Source: an uncultured archaeon
GTDB lineage: Archaea > Asgardarchaeota > Lokiarchaeia > Sigyniarchaeales > SOKP01
Reading direction: 5' to 3'
Length of the DNA: 54,462 nucleotides
NCBI GenBank assembly: GCA_964583985.1
Contig: CAZOYD010000019.1
Span: 1 to 54,462 of the forward strand
Positions 29,625-39,569 of the stretch are shown one piece after another; positions within the stretch are counted from its first letter, which is position 1; each line of letters begins with the position of its first letter. Made by a program: the position numbers and the translations under genes. The notes below the pieces were generated by a model. That model worked only from the letters and a program-made list of their open reading frames with translations. It was not told the DNA's origin and made no database searches.

Positions 29625-30155
29625 TTGTCACCCAAAGAAATCACTAAATTAGATATAACTAACCAAGTATTTAAAGAACCGATTGAAGTTATCAAACAAT
29701 TATCTGCTAATCTTGAAGGTTTAAAATATACTAAAGTAATACAGACTTTTGTCTTGGAGGATCGCAGATTAAGCCTTTCTATAGAAAGTGAAGGCGCAGG
29801 AGAATTCAAGGGAAAAGTAGTATGGATTGGTAATACAAAAGATGAAAGTGCTGGTACTATTTTCTGCATAGATAATAAATCGGAATTGAAACAAATAACC
29901 CCAACAGCAGAAAACACGGAAACTGTAATATTAGATATTAAAAAAGAATTAATCAAGGTTACAACTTCTTCCAAGACAAATTGTGCCGTATGTGGAAAAA
30001 GAATTGAAATTTTTGATGAAGTTGTTGGATGTCCTTTATGTGAAACTAAAGCTCATAAAGATCACATGATTGATTGGGTGAGAATGAAACACTCTTGTCC
30101 TGTATGCAAAAAATCATTAAATGTTTCAAGTACTGGTGTTATATTTATAGATTAG
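29625..30155 (+). CDS. Protein with a C-terminal RING-like zinc finger
   Basis: CAVC...CPLC...AH..H...W......CPVC. Confidence 0.7.
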   Translation: MSPKEITKLDITNQVFKEPIEVIKQLSANLEGLKYTKVIQTFVLEDRRLSLSIESEGAGEFKGKVVWIGNTKDESAGTIFCIDNKSELKQITPTAENTETVILDIKKELIKVTTSSKTNCAVCGKRIEIFDEVVGCPLCETKAHKDHMIDWVRMKHSCPVCKKSLNVSSTGVIFID

Positions 30156-30884
30156 GTCTCTTAATTTTTGTATGTTTATGGTTCCATCATAAAGAGCAGT
30201 TCCTATTAATACTCCAGAAAATTGGTTATCATAATATGCTTGAATATCTGATAAATTCTTTATTCCACCTCCTACATATATTTCTCCGTTAAATTGATTT
30301 CGTATATCAAGATATAGTGGTGAAATTCCTCCCAACTTCTGTCCAACTCGGAATAAATCGAGGAGTATAATTTTGTAAACCCCTAAATCCCCTATTTTTT
30401 TCACAATATCAGGAATAGAGTTAAACTTTAATTCATTGATTTGTGTAATAACTTTCTCTAAATACATATCAATACTTACTATTATTTTTTCCTTTCCTAT
30501 TACACGTAATGTGCTTTCAATTACATCTAAATTCTCTAACGTCTCTAATCCAATTATGATATCCTCAATTCCAAGTTTAAGTATTGCATTAGTATCTTCT
30601 TCAGTTGAAATACCTGAATCTAGCATAATTTTAATATCATATTTATGCAGCAGCATTAAAATAATTTCTGAGTTTAATTGATTTCTCATAATAGCATCCA
30701 AATCTGCAATATAAAACTCATTAAACGTATATTTATTATGAAGGGTTTCAATAATATCGTTTGGGTCACTAGTTCTAAACATATAAGATTTTAACGGGGC
30801 GTATTGACTTCTTTTTCCCTTAATAGCATGAACACATATAGAATTGAGGATGTCCAATACAGGAATTATTTCAAAATTGCTCAT
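30126..30884 (-). CDS. HisA/HisF-related TIM-barrel protein (C1-cofactor associated)
   Basis: IIPVLDI...CVHA.KG.R..Y.P, YIADLDAI, GLET, SID, LDL..VG, GGGI. Confidence 0.85.
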   Translation of the reverse strand: MSNFEIIPVLDILNSICVHAIKGKRSQYAPLKSYMFRTSDPNDIIETLHNKYTFNEFYIADLDAIMRNQLNSEIILMLLHKYDIKIMLDSGISTEEDTNAILKLGIEDIIIGLETLENLDVIESTLRVIGKEKIIVSIDMYLEKVITQINELKFNSIPDIVKKIGDLGVYKIILLDLFRVGQKLGGISPLYLDIRNQFNGEIYVGGGIKNLSDIQAYYDNQFSGVLIGTALYDGTINIQKLRDLIYKYNTST

Positions 30885-31046
30885 GTTTACGACAAATTTA
30901 AATTTATTTTAAGATAAATTACCGATATGAAATACTCTTGTTTTTTATAAATATTCATTAATTAGATATTAATAAATTACTTTTTTAAGAATATAATTTA
31001 AAAAGATCCATACATATCTAATAAAAGTTATATTTAACGTGATAAT

Positions 31047-32753
31047 ATGTCAACAGAATCATATATTAATAAAATTATGGATGAAACTGGATTATCTCGA
31101 AAAGACATTCAAGATCTAGTGGATGAAAAGAAAGCAGAATTAAAAGGATTAATTACTGATGATGGAGCACTACTTCTTATAGCTAAAGAGTTAAAGGTAG
31201 AGGTTAAAAAAGAGAATAAAGACACTATCAATAACTTTGAAGTTAAGATCTCTGATGTTTCCCTTGGGATGAAAAATATTGTTTTGGTAGGAAGGATCAA
31301 AGAAGTTAATAAAATATTCAATTTTACCAGAAGTGATGGAAGCGAGGGATATGTTGGTTCATTTTTGATCCAAGACGAATCAGGAGAGATTCGCATTGTA
31401 TTATGGGATGATGATACTAACATTTTAAGAGATGAAAATTTTGTTTCAAATGAAGTTGTAAAAATTATCAATGGGTACACCAAAGAAGGTCGTTTTCAGG
31501 ATTTAGAAATACATGTTGGAAGGTTTGGAAAAATTATTTTATGCCCAGAAGATATTGAATATAATAAAATTCCTAAAATAAAGCAAACCTTTACAAAAGT
31601 AGGGGATATCACTCCTAACTTCAAATCATATTCAATTAAAGGACAAGTAGTTAGCCTTACTCCAGCAAAAGAATTTGTTAGAAGTGATGGAAACACAGGA
31701 AAAGTTGGAACTCTTAATATTATGGATTCAACAGGGATAATTAGAATTATTTTTTGGAATGAAGATGTTGATAAAATTCAAGGAATCAAAGAAGGAGATT
31801 GTATTTCTATTACTCAACTTTCTCCACGCGAAAGTAAATTAAACTCAAAAACAATTGAGCTTTCGGCATCATCTAATACTATTATAAAGAAGATTAAAGG
31901 AAACTTTCAATATGAGGCAAAATTAGCTAAACACATAAAGGAACTCCAAGAAATAGATAATTTAATATCTTTTAAAGGAGTATTAACTTCTATTAGAGAT
32001 ATAAGAAAGGTTGCTCTTAAATCAGGAGAGGATGTGTCTGTAATCGATTTTGAAGTAAGTGATAATACGGGTTCAATTCGAGTCACCGCATGGAGAGATC
32101 TTGCGGAAAATTTGGCGGAAAAATTAACAAACGGTATGACGGTGTTGGTATCAAATGTAAAACTTAAGTATAATGAAAAATTTGACAGAAAAGAGGCTAT
32201 TTTCAATAATTTCTCTGAAATTGAGAAGATTAATGAGAAAATTGAATTTAACCAGAAAATTAGCTCAACAAGCACAAATTCAAAATTAAAATTTACAGAA
32301 ACAAAAATTGAATCAATTAATTCAATGGGGTTTTTTGAGATAAAAGGAAGCATTATAAAGGAAATTGATCTATCTAAAAAAGACTTGTTCATATATGATG
32401 CTTGTCCAATCTGCTTTAAAAAAGATACAAATTGTAAATGTAAGAAAAAGGAAGATCCTGAAAAAAGAATGATATTAAAAGTAATTCTGGATGATGAAAG
32501 TGGAACAATTAAAACTAGTTTTTTTGGACAACAAGCTGAAGAGTTGATTGGTAAAAAAGCAAGTGAGATCGCAAAGATGGAAGATATAGATAATATATTA
32601 AAAGATTTGGAAGGGCGTAGTTTGATTGTACGTGGAAAAGCGTCATTAAATGATTTTAATGATATGAATAATTATGAATTAAGTGTTGTTGATTTTCAAT
32701 TTACTGATCCTAAAGAGGAACTTAATTATCTAATGGAAGAACTAAATTCTTAA
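31047..32753 (+). CDS. Replication protein A large subunit (RPA1-like, multiple OB folds)
   Basis: Repeated D.SG/TG.IR...W OB motifs, N-terminal helical domain, CPIC...CKC zinc site. Confidence 0.9.
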   Translation: MSTESYINKIMDETGLSRKDIQDLVDEKKAELKGLITDDGALLLIAKELKVEVKKENKDTINNFEVKISDVSLGMKNIVLVGRIKEVNKIFNFTRSDGSEGYVGSFLIQDESGEIRIVLWDDDTNILRDENFVSNEVVKIINGYTKEGRFQDLEIHVGRFGKIILCPEDIEYNKIPKIKQTFTKVGDITPNFKSYSIKGQVVSLTPAKEFVRSDGNTGKVGTLNIMDSTGIIRIIFWNEDVDKIQGIKEGDCISITQLSPRESKLNSKTIELSASSNTIIKKIKGNFQYEAKLAKHIKELQEIDNLISFKGVLTSIRDIRKVALKSGEDVSVIDFEVSDNTGSIRVTAWRDLAENLAEKLTNGMTVLVSNVKLKYNEKFDRKEAIFNNFSEIEKINEKIEFNQKISSTSTNSKLKFTETKIESINSMGFFEIKGSIIKEIDLSKKDLFIYDACPICFKKDTNCKCKKKEDPEKRMILKVILDDESGTIKTSFFGQQAEELIGKKASEIAKMEDIDNILKDLEGRSLIVRGKASLNDFNDMNNYELSVVDFQFTDPKEELNYLMEELNS

Positions 32754-32813
32754 TATTTTGAGAATATAAATTATATTTATTTTAGTTATATATTTCATTA
32801 AATAATAAAATAT

Positions 32814-33767
32814 TTGTCTGAGATTATGAACCAGATTGATATTGTGGGTTTAGGAGAGGTAGTTGTCGATTGGGTTGCTGAAATTCCGCATTTTCCAAAA
32901 CCAGATGAAAAAATTAATGCACTTAGCGAAAATGTTTTTCCAGGGGGAGTAACTGCTAATTATTTAGTCGCAATATCGAGATTGGGAGGAAAAACTGGTT
33001 TTCTAGGTGCTGTAGGAAGTGACTCATACGGGGAATTTCTCATTTCTGACTTTAACAAAGAAAAAGTTAATACAAATTGGATTATAAAAAAAAAAGATAA
33101 AAAGACTCCAATAAATTTTATCATTATCGTAAAAGGAGAGAAGTCAATAATACAATCACCTCATATGTTAACAACTAAATTTGAAATTGCCGATCTTGAT
33201 GAATTTTCAATTAGCAATTCAAAATTATTGCATACTACTATGATCCATCAAGATGTTACAGAAAAGGCAATTGAAATTGCAAAAAAGAATGATATAATCG
33301 TTAGTATCGACTTAGAATCGCAAATTGCTCAAAGGGGATGGATAAATCTAAAAAAAATGATTTTAAAAGCAGATATCATAATTCCAAATAAAGAAGGGGC
33401 AAAAAAAATAACAAATAGTAAAACACCTCAAGAAGCAGCTAAAATTTTGATTAAAAAAGGGATTCCTATTGTAATTATTACTATGGGGAACAAAGGAGCA
33501 TTAATTACAACTAAAAATTATCAAAAAATGATTCCAGCCTATAACATTAAAAATATTGTTGATACAACTGGTGCAGGAGATACTTTTAATGGTGCATTTA
33601 CATTAGCTTATTGGATCAAGAAGTGGTCATTAGAAAAATCATGCAGATATGCAAATGCTGCCGCCGCACTTAAAATTCAAGAATTGGGGGCTCGATCTGG
33701 AATGCCTAATGAAATGGCCATTACTAAATTTTTAAAAGAAAATGATGAGTCTTTTATTGATAGTTAA
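32814..33767 (+). CDS. PfkB/ribokinase family carbohydrate kinase
   Basis: PGG..AN, G.VGSD.YG, PN..E-like, DTTGAGDTF, AN.AAA. Confidence 0.92.
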   Translation: MSEIMNQIDIVGLGEVVVDWVAEIPHFPKPDEKINALSENVFPGGVTANYLVAISRLGGKTGFLGAVGSDSYGEFLISDFNKEKVNTNWIIKKKDKKTPINFIIIVKGEKSIIQSPHMLTTKFEIADLDEFSISNSKLLHTTMIHQDVTEKAIEIAKKNDIIVSIDLESQIAQRGWINLKKMILKADIIIPNKEGAKKITNSKTPQEAAKILIKKGIPIVIITMGNKGALITTKNYQKMIPAYNIKNIVDTTGAGDTFNGAFTLAYWIKKWSLEKSCRYANAAAALKIQELGARSGMPNEMAITKFLKENDESFIDS

Positions 33768-34202
33768 CTAGGAGTAAATTAGACTGATCTTTTTAACATT
33801 ATTCTGATTAATGATTATTTGATCAAATCTTTTCAATATTCCATCATATTGAATTTCATTATAGTTTTGATTAAATGGCCAGAAACCTATCAAGACTTCT
33901 CCTAATTTTTTATTATTACCTATTAAATATCCTTCCTTTTTTTCATTTTTACATACTAACAAAATAACGATATAATAATTAAATGAGAGAGGATTATTAT
34001 TTGCCCCCATAATAATAACTTCTTCTATATTCTGGAAATTAATTAAATCTTCATCAAAATCTCTCAAATTCTTTATTGATGTAATATAATGAGTCATATT
34101 GAGATTTTTATCTGAGATTACACTATTAAAGGTTAAAGATAATGAAGATTCTTGCATTTCACCAATACCTCTAAATATAACTTTATAAAATACTATATTC
34201 AT
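33768..34202 (-). CDS. Hypothetical protein
   Basis: 144-aa ORF filling the intergenic space. Confidence 0.55.
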   Translation of the reverse strand: MNIVFYKVIFRGIGEMQESSLSLTFNSVISDKNLNMTHYITSIKNLRDFDEDLINFQNIEEVIIMGANNNPLSFNYYIVILLVCKNEKKEGYLIGNNKKLGEVLIGFWPFNQNYNEIQYDGILKRFDQIIINQNNVKKISLIYS

Positions 34203-34268
34203 TTAAATCTAACTCGTTAATTAGTAATTATGAATATTTGATTAATCGAAGTCACGGTATTATTAATA

Positions 34269-34610
34269 TTAATTCCGATAAGATTGTTTTATCTGATCTT
34301 GAATGAGGATATTTTCTTCAGGAAATCCTTGATCCATCAAAAACTTTTTCATTTTTAGCTTATGATCTCCCTGTAGTTCAATTTCGTTATTTCTTACTGT
34401 TCCTCCTGATGCACATTTATGCTTTGCTTTTTTCAAAATATCTTTTAAATTTGCATCAAAATTACCTTCGAAAGTTATAACAGTAACGACACGCCCCCAT
34501 TTCCGCTTATCATTAGAAATAATTATTTGCTGCTCATTGGCGCTTAAACTATCACATATACATAGTTCTTTTGGAAAACTACATATCGGACAAATCTCGT
34601 CGTCTTTAAT
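34269..34610 (-). CDS. sui1: Translation initiation factor aIF1 (SUI1); predicted ATT start
   Basis: Manual translation (I/M)KDDEICPICSFPKELCIC...KRKWGRVVTVI...KCASGGTVRNNEIELQGDH; absent from the ORF track because it lacks an N-terminal NTG. Confidence 0.92.
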   Translation of the reverse strand: MKDDEICPICSFPKELCICDSLSANEQQIIISNDKRKWGRVVTVITFEGNFDANLKDILKKAKHKCASGGTVRNNEIELQGDHKLKMKKFLMDQGFPEENILIQDQIKQSYRN

Positions 34611-34818
34611 GTTCTTTCTTCACAACCTTTTTTATTAAAATCTTATAAAATTTAAGTGCTAAAATTTAATAGACCTAAATCTTATAAAAATCTTTTTTAT
34701 TTCGTTGATTAATTAAAAAGATAAATTTTTATTTATGAACCTAGTTTTGTAATTTAGCTATTGAGATAAAAAAGATATTCTATAAAACTATCAACAATCA
34801 ACTTTAAAGTGTGTAATT

Positions 34819-35343
34819 ATGCATAACTCTTGGATTTTTAAAGTCATCATTGCGGGTGCTGGAGGAGTTGGTAAGACGGCGATGGTTACTAGATATTGTA
34901 CAGGAAAGTTCCAAGATGGATATAAAATGACGATTGGGGCTGGATTTAACACCAAATCTGAGGTTTTAGATACGGGAGAAACTGTAAAGATGCAATTATG
35001 GGATTTTGCGGGAGAAAAACGATTTAGAGAATTACTTCCTGACTATTGTAAGGGCGCCAGTGGGGCATTTATATGTTTTGACTTGACAGACTATGATACT
35101 TTTCGTGATGTCCCAGAGTGGCTAAAAATTATTCGTCAAAAAGCAGGGTTCATTCCAATAATATTATTAGGAATGAAATGGGATCTGAAAAATCATGAAG
35201 TTGAACAAGAAGTTGCTCATGATTATGCTGAGAAAGCTAAATGCAATCAATGTGTGTTTTGTTCCTCAAAGGAAGATTTAAATATTGTCGAGTCATTTCA
35301 AGCTATGTCTAAATGGCTTATTTATTACGCATCTCAAGATTAA
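34819..35343 (+). CDS. Rab/Ras-like small GTPase
   Basis: FKVII.GAGGVGKT, TIG..F, QLWDFAGE.RF, MKWD, SSK. Confidence 0.9.
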   Translation: MHNSWIFKVIIAGAGGVGKTAMVTRYCTGKFQDGYKMTIGAGFNTKSEVLDTGETVKMQLWDFAGEKRFRELLPDYCKGASGAFICFDLTDYDTFRDVPEWLKIIRQKAGFIPIILLGMKWDLKNHEVEQEVAHDYAEKAKCNQCVFCSSKEDLNIVESFQAMSKWLIYYASQD

Positions 35344-35496
35344 AATTAATTTTGTAAAAAACTTATTAGAAAGAATCTAATTTTAAATACTATATCATAT
35401 CGAAAAACCTAAAAAGGAATGTTAATAACAATAATTATTCGAGATGTATTCTTCATTGCACCTCTAAATATGATAATGGGATTTAACTAAAAAGAT

Positions 35497-35665
35497 GCCT
35501 CGGTAGCTCAGTTAGATAGGGCAGAGCAACGTTTCGGTGTGCTAGGCAAAGTAGAGCACTCGGCTTAAGTAATGAAATTTTCATTATTTCCGGAAGTTAA
35601 CCGAGCGGTCGCATGTTCGATCCATAAGATCTTCGATATCCGAAGACCTGGAAAAGCCCGGGGCG
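35497..35665 (+). tRNA. tRNA-Asn (GTT) with three introns (~18/19: 35516-35550; 33/34: 35566-35595; 63/64: 35626-35655)
   Basis: Removing three hairpin inserts gives a 74-nt cloverleaf: GCCTCGG/CCGGGGC, GCTC/GAGC, CTCGG/CCGAG, GCATG/CATGC, G73. Confidence 0.85.
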
Positions 35666-35818
35666 TTAAATTCCTCTTTCCAGTTCCTAGATCCTACTGT
35701 TATATCTTTTTATTCTTCCACTTAAGTTAAATTGTAGTTTGGGAAATAAAATTTGACCGAATAATCCTTAGATCATCCCAAAGTCTAAAATTCTCTTTCA
35801 AAAATAAAAAGAGATTAG

Positions 35819-35953
35819 TGCTCCCGCCGGGATTCGAACCCGGTTAATGATACAGAGCGAAAAGATCTGTATTGTCGCCAGGGTGAAAGCCTAGTATGCC
35901 AAGCCCTTTCTTCTACATAGAATGAAAAATTGGCCGGACTACACTACGGGAGC
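35819..35953 (-). tRNA. tRNA-Glu (TTC) with two introns (21/22: 35900-35929; 48/49: 35844-35873)
   Basis: GCTCCCG/CGGGAGC acceptor, TTC at 35885-35887, BHB-like junctions. Confidence 0.9.
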
Positions 35954-36086
35954 ATAAATTTAGATTAGCTTTTTCTGTTGATCAAAACAATCTAAACATA
36001 ACTTTCTAATTAATGCTTGATTTTAAATTTTATTATAATGGAGTTAGAATCCAAAAAAAACGTAATCTATTGTTAGAAGAGAAATA

Positions 36087-36171
36087 TGCGGGAAGAGGGA
36101 TTTGAACCCCCGAACTCCTACGAGACTGGATTCTAAGTCCAGCGCCTTTAACCAGACTTGGCAATTCCCGC
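36087..36171 (-). tRNA. tRNA-Leu (TAG), intronless
   Basis: GCGGGAA/TTCCCGC acceptor, CTGGA-CTTAGAA-TCCAG, long variable arm. Confidence 0.95.
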
Positions 36172-36346
36172 GTAAATATATAAAAGCATTGTAATTAGGA
36201 AAACTATATTATATTCAAAATTATGAAACTTAAATAAATTTTTCACATATGGAAAACTATTATGATAGATAAAAATAAAAAAGAGAAATATTTAAGATTA
36301 AATAATAGAGTTATTAAAACAACCAGATAGCTTATTGGTCTATTCT

Positions 36347-37345
36347 ATGAGTGTTCGAGAATCTTTAATTAAGTATTTGACATCAATATTACGTTCTTCA
36401 CAAGGAACTATCTTAGTAGTTCTATGTGATTTAGATGGTCTTTCAATAGCTAAAATAGGCCGTAAAAGTGATATTGATATTAATCCAAACCAAATCACTA
36501 GTTTAGCTTCAGCAGCATTTTCAGCAAGTGGGGAAAATTGGGAAGATCTAAACATAAAGGACCAAGTAATATCATTTTCATATTTTGATAAAATCTGTTT
36601 AATTACGATCAGGATAAATGATACTCTATTAACTATTGCCCATGATTATCATAAGGAATGGCCTTTAGATGCTGATAACTTAGCGAGTTCAATGTATTAT
36701 TTAAAACAAAAATTGAGTGAGTTTTTTGGTAACTTTGCAGAAACAGAAAATGAACTTGAATTATTCTCAAATAGAGTAAGGAGTGCAATATACCTATTTG
36801 GAATGGGTTCAGAAGTTCCATTTGTATCATACGCACCAGAGAATTATGATGAAACAAATCTCTTGCCTGCAATAAGCTATGTATTAAACTCAATACAAAA
36901 TCCTATTTTTATAAGATATAGTCTCGTAAGCCCAGCAGGTTTAACTATAGATGCCCGTGAGGTGAGTGGTCAAAATTTACCTATTTCTGTGGAAGCTTTT
37001 TCAGCAAATGCGAATGTAGGGTTTCAAAAAATGAAAGAAGAATCCGAAGGTAGCTCTCTAGGAGATTTACTTAGTTATATCACAATCTCTGGTAATGATC
37101 CAGAAAATTTCTATGGAATCATTACTTGTCATGCGGGTCTTTTAAAATACTCCAAGTTAGAAGAAATGTCTAGTTCTGAAAATATATCTTTTATCGGTTT
37201 ATTCACTTTGACTTATGGAGGGATACCAATAATATGTGAGTCTAGAAATGTAATATTTTCCATTTTATCTATTATTGGGTCTGAACCAACAACAGATAAC
37301 TTTATAAGAGCAGTTAATGTATTAACTAGTTTTAAATATGAATGA
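36347..37345 (+). CDS. Tandem roadblock/LC7-like domain protein
   Basis: VVLCDLDGLSIA...ITSLASAAF; second repeat SLVSPAGLTI...FSA. Confidence 0.75.
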   Translation: MSVRESLIKYLTSILRSSQGTILVVLCDLDGLSIAKIGRKSDIDINPNQITSLASAAFSASGENWEDLNIKDQVISFSYFDKICLITIRINDTLLTIAHDYHKEWPLDADNLASSMYYLKQKLSEFFGNFAETENELELFSNRVRSAIYLFGMGSEVPFVSYAPENYDETNLLPAISYVLNSIQNPIFIRYSLVSPAGLTIDAREVSGQNLPISVEAFSANANVGFQKMKEESEGSSLGDLLSYITISGNDPENFYGIITCHAGLLKYSKLEEMSSSENISFIGLFTLTYGGIPIICESRNVIFSILSIIGSEPTTDNFIRAVNVLTSFKYE

Positions 37346-37823
37346 AATACAGGGAATACCCAGTGAAAGAATGAATACTAATTCAGTCATCCCTCATTTA
37401 TATTGTCTTCATTTAAATGAATGTGATCCAAAAAAATGTACTGCCCTGAAACTGAAAAGGTTTAATTTAATTAAAATAATCTCAAAAATTAGAAGAGATT
37501 TGCGAAATGCTATTGTACTGACGCCATTATCACAAAGATTAATCTCTATAGAAGATAAATCTATTATTAAAAACTATGGCATAATTGTTATAGATTGTTC
37601 TTGGAAACATCTTTTCAATTTAAATTTAGATAAAACCAGCAAGGATCGAAAATTACCCCCTTTAATAGCAGCTAATCCCGTTAATTATGGCAAATGGGAA
37701 AAACTAAGCTCTGTTGAAGCTTTAGCTGCTGCTCTTTATATTACAGGTAACAATGAAGATGCTGATTTGATATTATCAAAATTTACGTGGGGAATTCAAT
37801 TTAAAAATTTAAATGGTTTTTAA
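37338..37823 (+). CDS. tsr3: rRNA aminocarboxypropyltransferase Tsr3
   Basis: CDPKKCTALKL, DCSW, RKLP.L.AANPVNYG...KLSSVEA, F.WG. Confidence 0.95.
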   Translation: MNEIQGIPSERMNTNSVIPHLYCLHLNECDPKKCTALKLKRFNLIKIISKIRRDLRNAIVLTPLSQRLISIEDKSIIKNYGIIVIDCSWKHLFNLNLDKTSKDRKLPPLIAANPVNYGKWEKLSSVEALAAALYITGNNEDADLILSKFTWGIQFKNLNGF

Positions 37824-37863
37824 AAATAAGAAAATAAGAATAATTAAAAAAAAATCTCAAAAT

Positions 37864-39468
37864 TTATTCTTCTCCACCCTTAGGAGAACCAGAAGATGCT
37901 ATAACATCATCAATTTTCAAGATCATAGACGCTACTTCAGTAGCAGATTGAAGAGCTTGTGTTAATATTGTTAGAGGTTCAATTACTCCCAATTTGATCA
38001 TATTATCTGGTTTTCCCGTATCAATATTGATACCGTATGACTGTCCATTTTCCTCTTCATGTTTTGAGCGTAATTCTACTACTAAATCAACAGGATTATA
38101 TCCTGCATTCTCAACTAATGTTTTAGGGATAATTTCTAAAGCATTGGCGTAAATTTCAATAGCTAATTGCTCTCTACCTCCAATTGAACGAGCAAATGTT
38201 CTTAATCGTTTTGCTAATTCAATTTCCGAAGCACCACCACCAGGTAAAATAAATGGAAATTCTATAGCGGCTTTAACAACAGATAATGCATCATGTAGCA
38301 TTCTTTCAGCTTCATCAACGACATGTTCAATACCTGCTCTAATTAAGATACTAACAGCTTTAGGATCTGAACATTCAGAAACAAAAATCATACTATCATC
38401 CCCAATTTTCTTTTCTTCTACTTTTCCTGCTTTTCCAATATCAGAGTTTGTAATTTCGAAAAGATTATTAACAATTTTGGCATTAGTAGCTCTTGCGAGT
38501 TTTTCCATATCTGATTTTTTTACTCTGCGAACAGCAAGAATGTTTTCTTGAGCGAGAAAATTCTGAGCTTTATCATCAATCCCTTTTTGACAAAACACAA
38601 TGTTAGCTCCTACTTCCTTCAATTTTAGAACCCTTTTTTTAAGCATACTGGATTCTTCTTCTAGAAATTTATTGAGTTGATCAGGATTTTGGACTCTGAT
38701 TTCAGCATCAAATTCAGTTTTTTCTATTTCTAAAGATGAGCTAATTAAAGCAATTTTCGCATTCTTGATAGACTTGGGCATCATGGGGTGAACTACTTCT
38801 TTATCAACAATAACACCCTCAATAATGGAGGTATCAAAAAGACTCTTACCCGCTTTCTTTATGATTTGAATTTGATCTAAATCAATACTAATGTTTTCGC
38901 CACGCTTTTCTTTAACTTGATTAACTGCCTTAACTGCAATGTAAGCAAAATTATTTTTTACTCCTGTAATTAGCTTACTATTCATCGATGTTTCTGCGAC
39001 ATTTAAAAGCATTTTTTCATCATTTATATCGATTTTTTGAGCAAGATCTTTTAATATTTTTTTACTTTCTATTAGAGCTTTTCGATATCCTCTCATAATG
39101 ATAGTGGGATGAACGGATTGTTCCATTAGTTCTTGCGCAAGATTTAGTAGTTCGCCAGAAATTATAACACTTGTAGTTGTACCATCCCCAACTTTATCAT
39201 CTTGTGTTTTAGCAACCTCCACTATCATTTTAGCCGCTGGATGTTCAACATCGATTGTATCTAAGATTGTTGCGCCATCATTTGTTATGGTAACATCCCC
39301 TAATGAATCAACTAGCATCTTATCCATTCCTTTAGGACCAAGTGTAGTTCTCACAGCTTCTGCAACTGCTTTTGCAGCTGCTATGTTGTTTTTTTGGGCA
39401 TCTTTTCCCTGCTTTCTTTCAGTTCCTTCTTTAAGTATTATAATAGGAACACCAGTTAATTGTGCCAT
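37864..39468 (-). CDS. ths: Thermosome subunit (group II chaperonin)
   Basis: [40 protein letters not shown]. Confidence 0.97.
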   Translation of the reverse strand: MAQLTGVPIIILKEGTERKQGKDAQKNNIAAAKAVAEAVRTTLGPKGMDKMLVDSLGDVTITNDGATILDTIDVEHPAAKMIVEVAKTQDDKVGDGTTTSVIISGELLNLAQELMEQSVHPTIIMRGYRKALIESKKILKDLAQKIDINDEKMLLNVAETSMNSKLITGVKNNFAYIAVKAVNQVKEKRGENISIDLDQIQIIKKAGKSLFDTSIIEGVIVDKEVVHPMMPKSIKNAKIALISSSLEIEKTEFDAEIRVQNPDQLNKFLEEESSMLKKRVLKLKEVGANIVFCQKGIDDKAQNFLAQENILAVRRVKKSDMEKLARATNAKIVNNLFEITNSDIGKAGKVEEKKIGDDSMIFVSECSDPKAVSILIRAGIEHVVDEAERMLHDALSVVKAAIEFPFILPGGGASEIELAKRLRTFARSIGGREQLAIEIYANALEIIPKTLVENAGYNPVDLVVELRSKHEEENGQSYGINIDTGKPDNMIKLGVIEPLTILTQALQSATEVASMILKIDDVIASSGSPKGGEE

Positions 39469-39569
39469 TTATTGTTCACTTTTTTAGGTTGAAATATTTT
39501 AAGTATATATATAGATCTCTAAGTCATAAAATTAAAAAAGTTTACGAAAAACGAATATAAATCCAATAT

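Noticed and set aside
23688-34622. In-frame TGA upstream of the ADH synthase, PAC4-like and aIF1 genes as selenocysteine readthrough
   Set aside because: The TGAs are part of, or adjacent to, SD-like motifs, do not align to Cys positions, and no SECIS was seen
35561-35605. Reading the Asn gene as tRNA-Leu(TAA) with a canonical intron
   Set aside because: No long variable arm, G73 discriminator, and BHB geometry fits 33/34 giving GTT
36190-36270. GGAAAACTAT direct repeat resembling a mini-ORB
   Set aside because: Only two short copies; compatible with BRE/TATA elements of divergent promoters
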